Shown one piece after another: positions 38,610 through 49,075 of a DNA stretch of 64,000 nt. Source of the DNA: Candidatus Shapirobacteria bacterium (lineage in GTDB: Bacteria > Patescibacteriota > Microgenomatia > UBA12405); contig JAUYJS010000003.1 in NCBI GenBank assembly GCA_030698565.1, positions 12,187 to 76,186 of the forward strand. The letters are read 5' to 3'. The position numbers were made by a program, and so were the translations under genes. How positions within the stretch are numbered: position 1 is the stretch's first letter; every line of letters begins with the position of its first letter. Under the pieces are notes generated by a model, which worked only from the letters and a program-made list of their open reading frames with translations, ran no database searches and was not told the DNA's origin.

Positions 38610-39805
38610 TGAGACAAAACTTCTATAGCTTTATTAAGTTGAAGATCTTCTTTTTGATTACTATCATTTTTAACTTCAACATCCGGATCTACCCCAATTT
38701 TGTGTATATTATTTCCATTTGGTAATAACCATTTGGCAATAGTTACATGTAAACCACTGCCATCACTAAATTGCTCCGGTGCCTGTACTGTACCTTTACC
38801 AAAGGTTTTTTCACCCACTAATTTAGCTCGATTATAGTCTTTCAAAGCTCCAGCCAATATCTCAGCTGCTGAAGCAGACCCACCATTCACCAAAACCACC
38901 AATTTATCATTAATTAAAGCTCCTTTTGATTTATCTATAGAATAAATTTCAACTTTTCCATCAGACGATTGTTGCTTTACCACCACTCCATCAGATAACA
39001 AATCAGAGGCCACCATCACACTCGCATCCAAAAAGCCACCCGGGTTGTTTCTTAAATCCAAAACCACTCCACCAAAGTTTTTATTTGTTTTTTTATCCTC
39101 ATTTATTTTATCAACCACTTCTGGCCATTCCTGGTATAACCTTTCTGTGAATTTAGACAATCTTACCCACGCTATTTTTTTACTGCCAATTTCCTTCCAT
39201 TCTAATTCAGCACTAGGAACTACTATATTATCTCTTTTTAAGGTGACATCAAATGGAGCATCCTTACCCTTCCTAAACATTTTTAATGTAACATCAGTCC
39301 CAATTTTACCTCTTATTAAATCTACCGCTTCGCTTAAAGAAATTCCATTTGTGTCTCGATCGACATTATTGGCTTTATCTGTAATCTTTAAAATCAAATC
39401 CTTGGCTTCTATTCCAGCTTTTGCCGCTGGCGTTTTTGGCAAAGGCGCCATAACCGACAAGATATCGTCCGTATAACCTAGTTGAATTCCCACCCCTCCA
39501 AATTCTCCAGCCAAATCTTCATTTGAATTTTTATTGGCACTTGGAGGTAAGAAGACAGTATAGGGATCATCCAAAGAAGCAACCATTCCCTGTATTGCTC
39601 CATAAGTCATTTTCTGCTGATCTACCTTATCTTTGTCCAAATAAAGTGAAGAAATCTTATCCTTTACCTTCCACATCAAGGATAAATCCATCTGATTTTG
39701 ATTGCCAACCAACGTTCCTTCAGATTTCTGACCAGATTTAAAACTTACTATCGAAACTACCGATAATAAGGCCAAAACTAATACAATATTTCTGATTTTT
39801 TTCAT
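38606..39805 (-). CDS. ctpA: C-terminal processing peptidase S41
   Basis: LDDPYT, DLRNNPGG, SASAAEI, TFGKGTVQ. Confidence 0.92.
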   Translation of the reverse strand: MKKIRNIVLVLALLSVVSIVSFKSGQKSEGTLVGNQNQMDLSLMWKVKDKISSLYLDKDKVDQQKMTYGAIQGMVASLDDPYTVFLPPSANKNSNEDLAGEFGGVGIQLGYTDDILSVMAPLPKTPAAKAGIEAKDLILKITDKANNVDRDTNGISLSEAVDLIRGKIGTDVTLKMFRKGKDAPFDVTLKRDNIVVPSAELEWKEIGSKKIAWVRLSKFTERLYQEWPEVVDKINEDKKTNKNFGGVVLDLRNNPGGFLDASVMVASDLLSDGVVVKQQSSDGKVEIYSIDKSKGALINDKLVVLVNGGSASAAEILAGALKDYNRAKLVGEKTFGKGTVQAPEQFSDGSGLHVTIAKWLLPNGNNIHKIGVDPDVEVKNDSNQKEDLQLNKAIEVLSQ

Positions 39806-39814
39806 AACAATATT

Positions 39815-40561
39815 CTATTCTACCACTATTAAAAGTCTGTTCTTTTTTGAATTTAAAAATAATTGCTCTCTTTTCCCCAAAAAATCCTTTAAATTATTCC
39901 AAGTTTTTTCTTCTATATTCAAAATTGGTAAATTATTTTCCAACTCATAGTCTTTATAATCACCAATTACCACTACCCCAGCAACCCCCACAACTTCCGC
40001 TTTTGATAAAAATGATTCATCCAAATTATTAGTAAAAATAATACTCCCTTCCAGGGAATAGTTTAACTCTGAAATTTTATTTAATATCTTTAAATCGCTC
40101 ATTCCCCAAGCTTTTCCCTCCACCAAAGCACTTCCTTCAAATTCTATGGCCTTAAATTTTAAAACCAATTTATCCTCTTCAATTGAATCTATTTTGGCTT
40201 TTACTGGACTTTTTACTTCTTTTCTTTCTTCAGAATCTATTTCAAATTTAATATTATAAAATTCATCCAAGCCAACAAATCGGCCATTGCAAGGTGACAC
40301 AATTTTCTTTCTAAAAACTCCACTAGTTTCAAACAACAAATCTCCTTCTTTAATAGCTTTATCTTTCCACTTAAAGTTAAACTCTTCCAATTTTTCCTTT
40401 TTAATCCGAGAAAAAAATATAGAAGCATCTACGTTTATTGTTTCCTCAATCAAATAAGAGAATAAAATACTATCTTTATCGACAGAGTCGCCAACCTTAA
40501 CTAAAATTTTTGTATTTTTAGGGAACCCAATCACCCATTTTGTAATTACCTTTGATTTCAT
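39815..40561 (-). CDS. Hypothetical protein
   Basis: VKVGDSV and SPCNG/SPVKA barrel-sandwich-hybrid-like motifs. Confidence 0.65.
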   Translation of the reverse strand: MKSKVITKWVIGFPKNTKILVKVGDSVDKDSILFSYLIEETINVDASIFFSRIKKEKLEEFNFKWKDKAIKEGDLLFETSGVFRKKIVSPCNGRFVGLDEFYNIKFEIDSEERKEVKSPVKAKIDSIEEDKLVLKFKAIEFEGSALVEGKAWGMSDLKILNKISELNYSLEGSIIFTNNLDESFLSKAEVVGVAGVVVIGDYKDYELENNLPILNIEEKTWNNLKDFLGKREQLFLNSKKNRLLIVVE

Positions 40562-40593
40562 AGTAAAATTATAGCAACATATTGGCAAACAAA

Positions 40594-40612
40594 AACCCGG
40601 CAACGGCCGGGT
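40594..40612 (-). terminator. Putative intrinsic terminator after rpsR
   Basis: acccggc-aacg-gccgggt hairpin followed by TTTTGTTT on the minus strand. Confidence 0.65.
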
Positions 40613-40633
40613 CTGTTAATTTTAATTTAAAAA

Positions 40634-40873
40634 TTATTCTATCGTAATAAAAGGTAACAAGGCCAAATGTCTTGCTTGCTTTATCGACGTTGCCAATTTT
40701 CTCTGATGACGACCACAAACGCCAGTTAACTGAGAACTTAAAATTCGGCTTCGAGGAGATAAAAATTCTCCCAATTTTTCGTAATCCTCCCACATAGGTA
40801 TAGTTTTACTTTTACAAAAACTACATACTCTACTTCTAGGAATTATTATTTTTCTTTTAGTCTTTTTGATCAT
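40634..40873 (-). CDS. rpsR: 30S ribosomal protein S18
   Basis: CSFC, TGVCGRHQRKLATSIKQARHLALLPF. Confidence 0.96.
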   Translation of the reverse strand: MIKKTKRKIIIPRSRVCSFCKSKTIPMWEDYEKLGEFLSPRSRILSSQLTGVCGRHQRKLATSIKQARHLALLPFITIE

Positions 40874-40883
40874 ATTAGTTTAA

Positions 40884-41381
40884 TTAAAAGGGCATTTCTT
40901 CACTAGTATTGTTCTCGTCTGGTTTTTTACCTAAATCATCAGGAATAATAATATCTTCAATCGTAGAACCAGTAGACAATTCTTCTTCAACTACTGGAGT
41001 TTCGTTACCAGCAAGATCAGCCGGTCGATCATTGTTTGCCATACCTTTATTATCCAAAATAATCATATCGTCAATTACAATTTCGGAAATTTGTTTTTTA
41101 TTGTTTTCAGAATCCACAAAATCACGATATTGAATTCTACCATCGACATAAACTCTTCTACCCTTACTTAAAAGTTGAGAACATAATTCAGCTAATTTAT
41201 TCCAAGCTACAATTCTGTGAAACTGGGCATCTTCTTTTCTTTCACCTTGTTTAGTTACCCAAACCCTATTGGTAGCTAATCCAAAAGAAGCTACGGCCAT
41301 TCCACCTGGAGTGTATCTAAGTTCTGGATCTCTGGTCAAATTACCTATTAACATTACTCTATTAAGACATCTACTTGGCAT
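40884..41381 (-). CDS. ssb: Single-stranded DNA-binding protein
   Basis: NRVMLIGNLTRDPELRYT; C-terminal EEMPF. Confidence 0.96.
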   Translation of the reverse strand: MPSRCLNRVMLIGNLTRDPELRYTPGGMAVASFGLATNRVWVTKQGERKEDAQFHRIVAWNKLAELCSQLLSKGRRVYVDGRIQYRDFVDSENNKKQISEIVIDDMIILDNKGMANNDRPADLAGNETPVVEEELSTGSTIEDIIIPDDLGKKPDENNTSEEMPF

Positions 41382-41393
41382 GTTATCTCCTTA

Positions 41394-41690
41394 TTACTTT
41401 TTTAAAATTAAATAACGAATAATACTTACTTCCCGATTAAGAAACAAATTAACATTTTTTAAATTTAAAGCCTTTAAACTTTCAATGTCAAGTGTCCAAA
41501 AATCACCTTTATTAAAACCATTGATTTCATAAGATAATTCTTTGTTTCCCATATGATCTTTTTTAGAAACCTCAGCACCAGCCTCTTCCATCCAGGAAGA
41601 TACTTTATTTAAAATTGTTTCTTTTTCTTTTTCCTCGGTCTTTGGGTTTAAAACCGCAACCATTTGATATTGATGTTTACTGTCTTTCAT
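41394..41690 (-). CDS. rpsF: 30S ribosomal protein S6
   Basis: G.KELSYEI...G, IIRYLI; rpsF-ssb-rpsR synteny. Confidence 0.92.
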   Translation of the reverse strand: MKDSKHQYQMVAVLNPKTEEKEKETILNKVSSWMEEAGAEVSKKDHMGNKELSYEINGFNKGDFWTLDIESLKALNLKNVNLFLNREVSIIRYLILKK

Positions 41691-41728
41691 GAACTCACTA
41701 GATTAACATAATAAATTTATTTTTACAA

Positions 41729-43099
41729 TTACTTTATTTTCCTAATTTTACAGTCATCTTTTAAATCTTCAACCATATATCCCTTTTCTAAAATTAATCG
41801 TCTTAACCTATCAGATTCAGCCCAATTTTTCTCCATCCTCATTTTATTTCTTTCTTTGGCCAATTGTAAAACATCCTCAGGTATATTTTTGTCTTTTTCA
41901 AAATTTACATCCAAATTTAAACCCAAAACTTTATCAAAATCTATCAGAGTAGCCTTTTTATCAGCAGGGCCAACACTACTGTCTTTTACTAATTTCCAAA
42001 CAATCGCCATTGCCTCGGGTACCATTAAATCGTCTTCCAATTTTTCAATAAACTGTCTTTTATATTGTTCATTTATACTGCCCTCTTCGGGTAATTCAGA
42101 AACAGTTTCTTTTAGTCTAAAAAATGCTGTTTGTGCAGATTCTAAGGATTTAAATGTAAAATCTAATCCCTTATGATAACTCGAAGATAAGGCTAAATAT
42201 CTTAAGGCTAGTGGATCAAAACCCTTTTCTATTAAGTCAGTAACTAAAAATATATTACCTAGACTTTTAGACATTTTAACCCCCTCATAAGTTAGCCAAG
42301 CATTATGTATCCAATATTTAGCAGTTTGGTGTCCAAAAGCACCATAAGCTTGAGCTATTTCATTAGTATGATGCACCCCAATATGTTCAATCCCCCCCGT
42401 ATGAATATCAAATTCTTCGCCTAAATATTTGGTTGACATTGCCGTACATTCAATGTGCCAACCCGGAAATCCCTCTCCCCAAGGGCTATTCCATTTCATA
42501 ATATGCTGTGGTTGATTCGTTACCCAAAGCAAAAAATCCCAAGGATTTTTCTTTTCCTTATCCACCTCTACTCTAAAACCAGATTCCATTTCTTCCAATT
42601 TTAAATTAGCAAATTTTGAATAATCAGAAAATTTTTGAGTGTCAAAAACTAATCCGGTTTTTGTTTTATATGCAAAACCATTATCTTCGATTCTTTTTGC
42701 CAAATCAATTTGTTCCTTTATATGTTCGGTCGCTCTTGGCACTACGTCCGGCGAACTAATGTTTAATAAGTTTAAACTTTCTAAAAACTGTTTTTCGTAT
42801 TTTCTGGCAATTTCCCACACAGACAAACCTTCTCTTTTTGCGCCCTTCTCCATTTTATCTTCACCCTCATCACTATCCGAAACTAAATGGCCTACATCTG
42901 TAATATTCATGACCCATTTAACATCAAAACCCATATATCTTAAAAATCTGACCAACATGTCCCACTGAACATAAGCATACATATGACCAATATGCTGATT
43001 CCAATAAACAGTCGGTCCGCAAGAATATATCCCTACCTTTTTGTCATGCAAAGGCTTAAATTCCTCTTTCTGTTTGGTCGCAGTATTGTACAAGTTCAT
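41729..43099 (-). CDS. cysS: Cysteine--tRNA ligase
   Basis: CGPTVY, HIGH, PGWHIEC, KMSKS. Confidence 0.96.
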   Translation of the reverse strand: MNLYNTATKQKEEFKPLHDKKVGIYSCGPTVYWNQHIGHMYAYVQWDMLVRFLRYMGFDVKWVMNITDVGHLVSDSDEGEDKMEKGAKREGLSVWEIARKYEKQFLESLNLLNISSPDVVPRATEHIKEQIDLAKRIEDNGFAYKTKTGLVFDTQKFSDYSKFANLKLEEMESGFRVEVDKEKKNPWDFLLWVTNQPQHIMKWNSPWGEGFPGWHIECTAMSTKYLGEEFDIHTGGIEHIGVHHTNEIAQAYGAFGHQTAKYWIHNAWLTYEGVKMSKSLGNIFLVTDLIEKGFDPLALRYLALSSSYHKGLDFTFKSLESAQTAFFRLKETVSELPEEGSINEQYKRQFIEKLEDDLMVPEAMAIVWKLVKDSSVGPADKKATLIDFDKVLGLNLDVNFEKDKNIPEDVLQLAKERNKMRMEKNWAESDRLRRLILEKGYMVEDLKDDCKIRKIK

Positions 43100-43125
43100 G
43101 ACTTATTATATAAAATTTAAAACGA

Positions 43126-43554
43126 TTAATCCGGTTTCTTCGAAAATTCAGTAGTTTGTGACATTGAATCATCAGTTGGTTTATTTTTCTTTCTTGGATT
43201 GCCACCTTTTTTATGATCAAGAAAAACTGGATCCTGCATTTCCATTTCCTCGGCTTCTCTTTGTCTTTTTAAATTTTCCAAAAATGCTCTTTCTTCCTCT
43301 TCTTCTTTTTTCTTCTTCTCCTCTACAATTTTTTCAATCTCTCCTTCTACATTTCTTCCATTGCCAATTTGTGATTTTAATTCTGCAGCTTCTTTTTGTT
43401 TTTTTCTTTCATCCTCTGCCTGTCTTTGGGTCATTTCACCCTCAGTCATTGGCTTTATATCTCCCAAAAGTTCTTTTCCGGTAATAATACTTTCCGCAAT
43501 TTTTCCAGTGTGAGAAACCAATTGTTCAACTGTTTCAGCAACGAGTTGTTTCAT
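43126..43554 (-). CDS. Hypothetical charged coiled-coil protein
   Basis: Coupled to recR stop; E/K-rich. Confidence 0.65.
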   Translation of the reverse strand: MKQLVAETVEQLVSHTGKIAESIITGKELLGDIKPMTEGEMTQRQAEDERKKQKEAAELKSQIGNGRNVEGEIEKIVEEKKKKEEEEERAFLENLKRQREAEEMEMQDPVFLDHKKGGNPRKKNKPTDDSMSQTTEFSKKPD

Positions 43555-44174
43555 ATACTCCTCCTCCCATCCAAAGCTCGGCTTAAAGTTGCCTGATCGG
43601 CATATTCCAAATCAGCTCCAATAGGCAATCCACTCCCAATTCGGCTAATATTAACTTCTTTATCTATTTCTTCAATTCTTCTTTTTATATACAAAGCAGT
43701 CGCCTCTCCTTCCATAGTTGGATTAGTTGCCAAAATTATTTCCATATCTTTTTTATCAACTTCATTAACCATTTTTCTAATTCGTTGCAATAATTCTACT
43801 ATCTTAAGATCGTCTGGGCCAATATGATCCAACGGATTCACCGCTCCGCCCAAAACATGATAAACACCCTTAAAACCACCCATATTTTCAATTACCATCA
43901 CATCAATAGCTCTCTCCACCACACAGACAACGTTTTTGTTTCTTTTATTATCTGAACAAATTGAACACACTTCAGTATCACCTACCGAAAAGCAAACAGA
44001 ACAAATTTTTATGTCTTTCTTCAAACGCAAAAGTGAATTAGATAAATTATCAATAAAACTCTGTGGCGTATTTAAAAGATAAAATACTAGTCTAGTAGCA
44101 CTTTTTGGGCCAATACCTGGCAACCTTTCAAAGGCAGTAATCAAATTTTTAATTGCCACTGGGAATTCTGCCAT
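43551..44174 (-). CDS. recR: Recombination mediator RecR
   Basis: LPGIGPKSA.R, C4 finger, YHVLGG, ATNPTMEGEATA. Confidence 0.96.
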   Translation of the reverse strand: MAEFPVAIKNLITAFERLPGIGPKSATRLVFYLLNTPQSFIDNLSNSLLRLKKDIKICSVCFSVGDTEVCSICSDNKRNKNVVCVVERAIDVMVIENMGGFKGVYHVLGGAVNPLDHIGPDDLKIVELLQRIRKMVNEVDKKDMEIILATNPTMEGEATALYIKRRIEEIDKEVNISRIGSGLPIGADLEYADQATLSRALDGRRSI

Positions 44175-44185
44175 ATATTTTTAAT

Positions 44186-44434
44186 TTAAATCAATCCTTC
44201 CAAACCACCCATGTCTTTCATTTTTTTAGCAGCTGCTTCCTGTGATTTTTTCATTGCTCTATTAATAGAGTCTACTAATATTTTATTCTCTACACCATTG
44301 ATGGATAAATATTTTATTTTTTGGTCACCACTAACCTTAATTTTTATACCATTTTCCTCAAAATCAATTATTTCAGCCTCAACTGCCCTTTTTAACTTAA
44401 AAGCTTGTGCCATCATCTTTGCTTTATCAAACAT
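44186..44434 (-). CDS. ybaB: YbaB/EbfC nucleoid-associated protein
   Basis: IKVSGDQKI; position upstream of recR. Confidence 0.85.
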   Translation of the reverse strand: MFDKAKMMAQAFKLKRAVEAEIIDFEENGIKIKVSGDQKIKYLSINGVENKILVDSINRAMKKSQEAAAKKMKDMGGLEGLI

Positions 44435-44484
44435 ATTTTTCTATTTATTTAATTTATAATCAACTCTCAATTTTAACATTATTT

Positions 44485-45003
44485 TTAGTTACACTCTCCA
44501 CTCCATAATCCCACTTTATTTTCTTTTGCTATTTTCTCCTCTTCCATAAATTCATCCATTTTATTTACAATAAAATATTTATAAACCACAGCATCTCCCT
44601 GACTCAAAATCGATTTATTAATCATTTCATTATTATAATAAATATATCTCAACAACCTACCATATTTGTCCTTATCTGCTTGGCTTGGATCAGATTCCAA
44701 AACAACTTCTTTGTTTTTAATCTTCAACTCTAAATTATTTTTAGATTTACGGGCAAAGCAAACCATTATTTTTTTCTTATCATTCATTTCCGGCGCATCT
44801 ATTCCCAAAAGCCGCACTTCTTCTTTGTTATTATTTTTTATAACTTCAATCGTATCGCCATCAATTACCCTATTCACTAAATATTCAGTCTTCTCAGGTT
44901 CTTTGTTTTTATAAGTAACTAAACCCAATAAAACAAAAGTTATCAGAATAAAAATATTTAAAATTCGAGTTATATTAGCCGAATATTTCCTTGGCGACGT
45001 CAT
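44485..45003 (-). CDS. Membrane-anchored thermonuclease (SNase family)
   Basis: RVIDGDTI, VRLLGIDAPE, DKYGRLLRY, GLW. Confidence 0.92.
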   Translation of the reverse strand: MTSPRKYSANITRILNIFILITFVLLGLVTYKNKEPEKTEYLVNRVIDGDTIEVIKNNNKEEVRLLGIDAPEMNDKKKIMVCFARKSKNNLELKIKNKEVVLESDPSQADKDKYGRLLRYIYYNNEMINKSILSQGDAVVYKYFIVNKMDEFMEEEKIAKENKVGLWSGECN

Positions 45004-46453
45004 AAATATCTTCATCTCCTTTTTTAGTATTTTCGGCCACGCCACTAACATTTTCTATAGGAGTGTCATTATTAATTACCAATGGTTCTTTTTTAATTTT
45101 ACCCAAAACACACTCCAAAAGCATTTCCACATTAAATACTTTAAACAATCCAGATTCGACAATTTGTTTGTTTTTTATTTCCTCTAACTTATCTTTGTGA
45201 AAAGGATAAAAAACTTCCAACACTAAAGTGTTACCTTTAACCATTTTAGGTCGACAAGATCGTAAAAAAGCCTCAACCGAATGATTGAATGGTTTAACAG
45301 CTGTTAAAACTTTTACCCAACCTTGTTCCACATCTTCCACTTTTATTATCGACAGACCATCGACCACAAACTCTTCTTTAGGTCTGCTTTGCAGACCCTC
45401 ACCGCCTTTATCATTATCGTCACCTAAAAATTCAACTACGGCGAGCTGAAGTGGCAATTGATCGATAAAAGCATCTTTTTCTTGTTTACCAGCCACAATC
45501 AAAAGATTAAACCATCTTTTTAAATCCACTAAATTTAATTTTGATCTATCTGCTAAATTACCCACCCCAAGACATGTCAATAATTTTTGCTGAAAATAAG
45601 CTAAAAGTCTTTGTCTATAAGCCGAAAAATCCACTCCTTTTTCTGCCATTTTCTCTAATCTCATTAAAATAATCTTCCCTTTTTTATTGGCCAAGTCGTT
45701 CTCAAACTCCTCCTCGTTATACTCCCCACTTTTAGCTATAAAAAAGTTTTGAACATCCTCCAAAACAATATTTTGCCCAAATTGTAAAAAAATTTCATTA
45801 AAAGTTTTTTGTAAGTTTCTAAAACTACCATCACTTTTACTTAAAATCAATTCAATTGAATCCTTGTCAATTTTTATTTTTTCTCCCTCGATTATTTTTT
45901 TTAATGATCCATTTAACTCTTCTTTTCCACCTTTATGAAATTCAATATTCACCAATCTTGACAAAACTGTTTCTGGAATTTTGCCCTCATCTGTCGTGCA
46001 TAAAATAAAAATAGTTTGCTTGGGTGGTTCTTCTATTAACTTTAAAAGAGCATTAAATGCCTCTTTAGTTAACATATGAACTTCATCGATAATAAATACT
46101 TTCTTGTTTAATTTAGTTGGCAGGAGATAAGCATTTTCTTTTAGATTTCTAATGTCATCGATCCCTCGGTTTGAAGCGGCATCAATTTCCAAAATATCTA
46201 AAGAACTATTATTCAATATTTCCCTACAATTGGCACATTCATTACAGGGTTCTACCCCTTCCGGATTTAAACAATTCACTGCTCTTGCCACAATTCTTGC
46301 CGCCGAAGTCTTACCTGCTCCTTTGGGGCCGGAGAACAAAAAAGACTGGGGCATATTCTTGTCACCCAACATTTTTTTCAACAGCTTGGCAACACTCTCT
46401 AAATCTAGGTCTTCAATTCTTTGTGGTCTATATTTTAAATGAAATACTGACAT
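44975..46453 (-). CDS. dnaX: DNA polymerase III gamma/tau
   Basis: KYRP, GPKGAGKTS, EIDAASNRG, IDEVHML, NALLKLIEEPP. Confidence 0.95.
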   Translation of the reverse strand: MSVFHLKYRPQRIEDLDLESVAKLLKKMLGDKNMPQSFLFSGPKGAGKTSAARIVARAVNCLNPEGVEPCNECANCREILNNSSLDILEIDAASNRGIDDIRNLKENAYLLPTKLNKKVFIIDEVHMLTKEAFNALLKLIEEPPKQTIFILCTTDEGKIPETVLSRLVNIEFHKGGKEELNGSLKKIIEGEKIKIDKDSIELILSKSDGSFRNLQKTFNEIFLQFGQNIVLEDVQNFFIAKSGEYNEEEFENDLANKKGKIILMRLEKMAEKGVDFSAYRQRLLAYFQQKLLTCLGVGNLADRSKLNLVDLKRWFNLLIVAGKQEKDAFIDQLPLQLAVVEFLGDDNDKGGEGLQSRPKEEFVVDGLSIIKVEDVEQGWVKVLTAVKPFNHSVEAFLRSCRPKMVKGNTLVLEVFYPFHKDKLEEIKNKQIVESGLFKVFNVEMLLECVLGKIKKEPLVINNDTPIENVSGVAENTKKGDEDIYDVAKEIFG

Positions 46454-46528
46454 CAGAAAATTTAACCAAAATACCTCACCTTTTACAATGATCATATCTG
46501 CATCAGCTGTTGTTACCCTCGATAAACG

Positions 46529-46619
46529 GTAGAGACGCGCTGCAGCGCGTCTCTACAACTTGTCAAATTTTTTAATAAAATCACACCTATCGTAGGGGCG
46601 ATTCATGAATCGCCCCTAC
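46529..46619. repeat. Adjacent REP family B (46529-46556) and family A (46592-46619) perfect 28-bp palindromes
   Basis: gtagagacgcgctgcagcgcgtctctac and gtaggggcgattcatgaatcgcccctac. Confidence 0.92.
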
Positions 46620-46645
46620 CCGTTTATTTTGAAAATACGATTTAA

Positions 46646-47023
46646 TTACTTCTCCAAATTCTCCACTCCGTGTATCAACCATTCTCTCAAGACTTCTTCC
46701 AAGCTCTTTTTTTGAAATTTAACTTCATATTTTAATTTTTGAGTGCAAATCACAATATCTCCCAACCGAATCCAACCGTCAGTATCCATCTTTTTGGACA
46801 TAGGAAAACCTAAAACCTGTGGTATATAACTCATTTTCCTATAAGATAGATTCAATTCTTTGGCTTTCTTTCGTCCCACAAAAAAAATACTTAGCTCAAC
46901 ATTATGTTTATAGCCAAAATTATTTAACGCATCTTCTGATAATTCCCATACCAATTTTTCATTTAATCCCCAATTCTTCGGATACTTCAATAAAATTACA
47001 TTTCTTTTTTTTTCTTCGGTCAT
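46646..47023 (-). CDS. ybeY: YbeY-like rRNA maturation factor, degenerate metal site
   Basis: LN..YR....PQVLGFP, LGDIVIC; ends LIHGVENLEK. Confidence 0.75.
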   Translation of the reverse strand: MTEEKKRNVILLKYPKNWGLNEKLVWELSEDALNNFGYKHNVELSIFFVGRKKAKELNLSYRKMSYIPQVLGFPMSKKMDTDGWIRLGDIVICTQKLKYEVKFQKKSLEEVLREWLIHGVENLEK

Positions 47024-47448
47024 AACCTCTCTTTTACTTTTTTTGAAATTACATCTCCACCAACCCGTCCATTTACCGCTGTCATAACATCTCTCATTAC
47101 TAAACCAAAATTTGTTCCATTTTTTTCAATTGCCTGGTCAACCACCCTATCCAATTCTTCCATACTCATTTCTTTTGGCAAATATTCTTTTACTACCGAT
47201 ATTTCATAATCCATCTGTTCAACTAAATCCATTCGATTCGCTTTCAAAAACATTTCTCTTGATTCTTCTTTATTTTTTAATTCTTTTCTCAAAACCAAAA
47301 TCTCTTGGTTATCATCCATACCTCCGGGTGGAAGTTGCAATTCTTTCTTATCCATTAAAGACACTAAAAAACGCAATACATCCACCCTTTGTTGGTTGTG
47401 ATCTTTTAAGGCGGTTACACTATCTGATTTTATTTTATCTTTGAACAT
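47020..47448 (-). CDS. GatB/YqeY domain protein
   Basis: ES...F..ANR.DL...E......YLP; follows rpsU. Confidence 0.88.
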   Translation of the reverse strand: MFKDKIKSDSVTALKDHNQQRVDVLRFLVSLMDKKELQLPPGGMDDNQEILVLRKELKNKEESREMFLKANRMDLVEQMDYEISVVKEYLPKEMSMEELDRVVDQAIEKNGTNFGLVMRDVMTAVNGRVGGDVISKKVKERL

Positions 47449-47653
47449 GTCTTCGAGAATTTTTAGCTTTTTTGCGGCATTTCTCTCTCCACAAAATTAT
47501 CTTCTTTTTAGCATATCTTTCTTCTGAAGGTTTGCTGTAAGCAGTTTTCTTTTTTACTTCTTCAGTAATATCTTCATCCAAGCACAACCTTCGGAATTTA
47601 CCGATAATGTCGTCTTTTGATTCACCTTTTTTTCTTTTTACGATAATTGGCAT
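47435..47653 (-). CDS. rpsU: 30S ribosomal protein S21
   Basis: V....GES.D..I..FRR, YSKPSE. Confidence 0.85.
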   Translation of the reverse strand: MPIIVKRKKGESKDDIIGKFRRLCLDEDITEEVKKKTAYSKPSEERYAKKKIILWREKCRKKAKNSRRHVQR

Positions 47654-47696
47654 CAGTTCACCTCCTTTAAACTAAACAGATGACTGGTATTTTACC

Positions 47697-48383
47697 CTAT
47701 ATTTTATTACTTTGTAAGCACTTTAATCTGTCAAGACTATTTATTGATCCGTCACCATTGAAATCTTCTAAAGGATTACACGGATCTTTAGTCACCGTTG
47801 GAACTAATGCTACCGAAGGGGTTGCTGTCTTAGAACCATTAAGACAAAAATTATAATCTACAGAGTTTATCACTCCATCATTATTATAATCAGTGTTTCG
47901 ATTGCAACTAGGAGCACCACTAGGGCTAGCAACTGCTACTGTTGGAGCCAAAATTATCGGAGCTACAGTAGGAACCACCTCATTTCCAGTATTAGCAACC
48001 TTAAAAGTATAAGGTACACCGCTATTGTCAAATATTTCTTCCCCGATTCTAATTCTATAATAGTAAGTTACACTAGACTTTAATGGTGACAATAAAATTT
48101 TATGATCAGTTGTTGCTTCTGTTTCCACAGCCCTCAACAATAAACTAGCTGGATTAGTTCCATATTCCACCACGCCTTGTGTTGCTTTATCCGAAACCCA
48201 AGATACACTTGCACTTTTTCCATCTTCGCTTGGATCAGCCATCACATTTTTTGGTTCAGTCTCTGCCGCCGCACCACTCATATAAGTCTTAACCGTATTT
48301 ACACCCAAAACACCCAATACAATTACTAGCACCAAAATTATACCTACAATAATTGTTTTAACATTTATGCTTCCTTTGATCAT
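47697..48383 (-). CDS. Membrane-anchored FN3-like protein with dockerin-like repeats
   Basis: SW.SD....G.VEYG...YYYRI; DYNNDGVINSVD and DFNGDGSINSLD. Confidence 0.75.
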   Translation of the reverse strand: MIKGSINVKTIIVGIILVLVIVLGVLGVNTVKTYMSGAAAETEPKNVMADPSEDGKSASVSWVSDKATQGVVEYGTNPASLLLRAVETEATTDHKILLSPLKSSVTYYYRIRIGEEIFDNSGVPYTFKVANTGNEVVPTVAPIILAPTVAVASPSGAPSCNRNTDYNNDGVINSVDYNFCLNGSKTATPSVALVPTVTKDPCNPLEDFNGDGSINSLDRLKCLQSNKI

Positions 48384-49075
48384 AAAAGTCTCAAAAATAG
48401 TGCAGAAAAGACACTAACTATTCCAAACACCATTAATCCAACAGTTGACCCAACACTGCCAGCCTTTGGTAACTCAGCCTGAGTTGTACTAGCTGAAATG
48501 GTTGGTGTGGCAGTTGTAGTTGTAGGGGTTGTGTTGGTTTCTGAACTAGCCGTAATAGTATATGATCCGCTTTGATTAGTTGAACAGTCAATTATATCTA
48601 CACTAGTAGACTTCATAATATTCGAATCAATAGTTGATCCGGTTTGACAAGTAAAATTAACACTGGCAGTACCAGTATTTTTAGCCTTAAAAGTAATCAC
48701 TGCTAAACTTCCAGCCAGGCTTCTATCTTCTACCGTAGTACTATTAGTATCATAAGCACTAAAAGAAAATTTACCTAAAGTATTATCAGATAGTGACTGT
48801 AAATTATCCATAGTAAAAGCAGTACCAGTTGCAGGTTTGGTTATCGAAACAATCTCTAATTTATTGACATCAAAAGTACCCACCACATCCACACCACTAG
48901 CTGTTTCTGTACCACTAGCCACGCCTATAGTCACATCAAAATTTGTACCGTTGACTATTGAAGAGCTAGTCGGAGTTAAAGTTAAATGCGGAGTTGCCAA
49001 AGCCACAGTTGGCGATACAGCAAACGCTAAAAATACCAATCCTACAACTAAATTTAGTTTTATACCTTGTCTCAT
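48380..49075 (-). CDS. Cohesin-like domain protein with LPKAG motif and C-terminal TM
   Basis: Signal peptide; GVDVVGTFD..KLEI, LAVITFKAK..GTA; Thr-rich linker; LPKAG. Confidence 0.72.
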   Translation of the reverse strand: MRQGIKLNLVVGLVFLAFAVSPTVALATPHLTLTPTSSSIVNGTNFDVTIGVASGTETASGVDVVGTFDVNKLEIVSITKPATGTAFTMDNLQSLSDNTLGKFSFSAYDTNSTTVEDRSLAGSLAVITFKAKNTGTASVNFTCQTGSTIDSNIMKSTSVDIIDCSTNQSGSYTITASSETNTTPTTTTATPTISASTTQAELPKAGSVGSTVGLMVFGIVSVFSALFLRLL

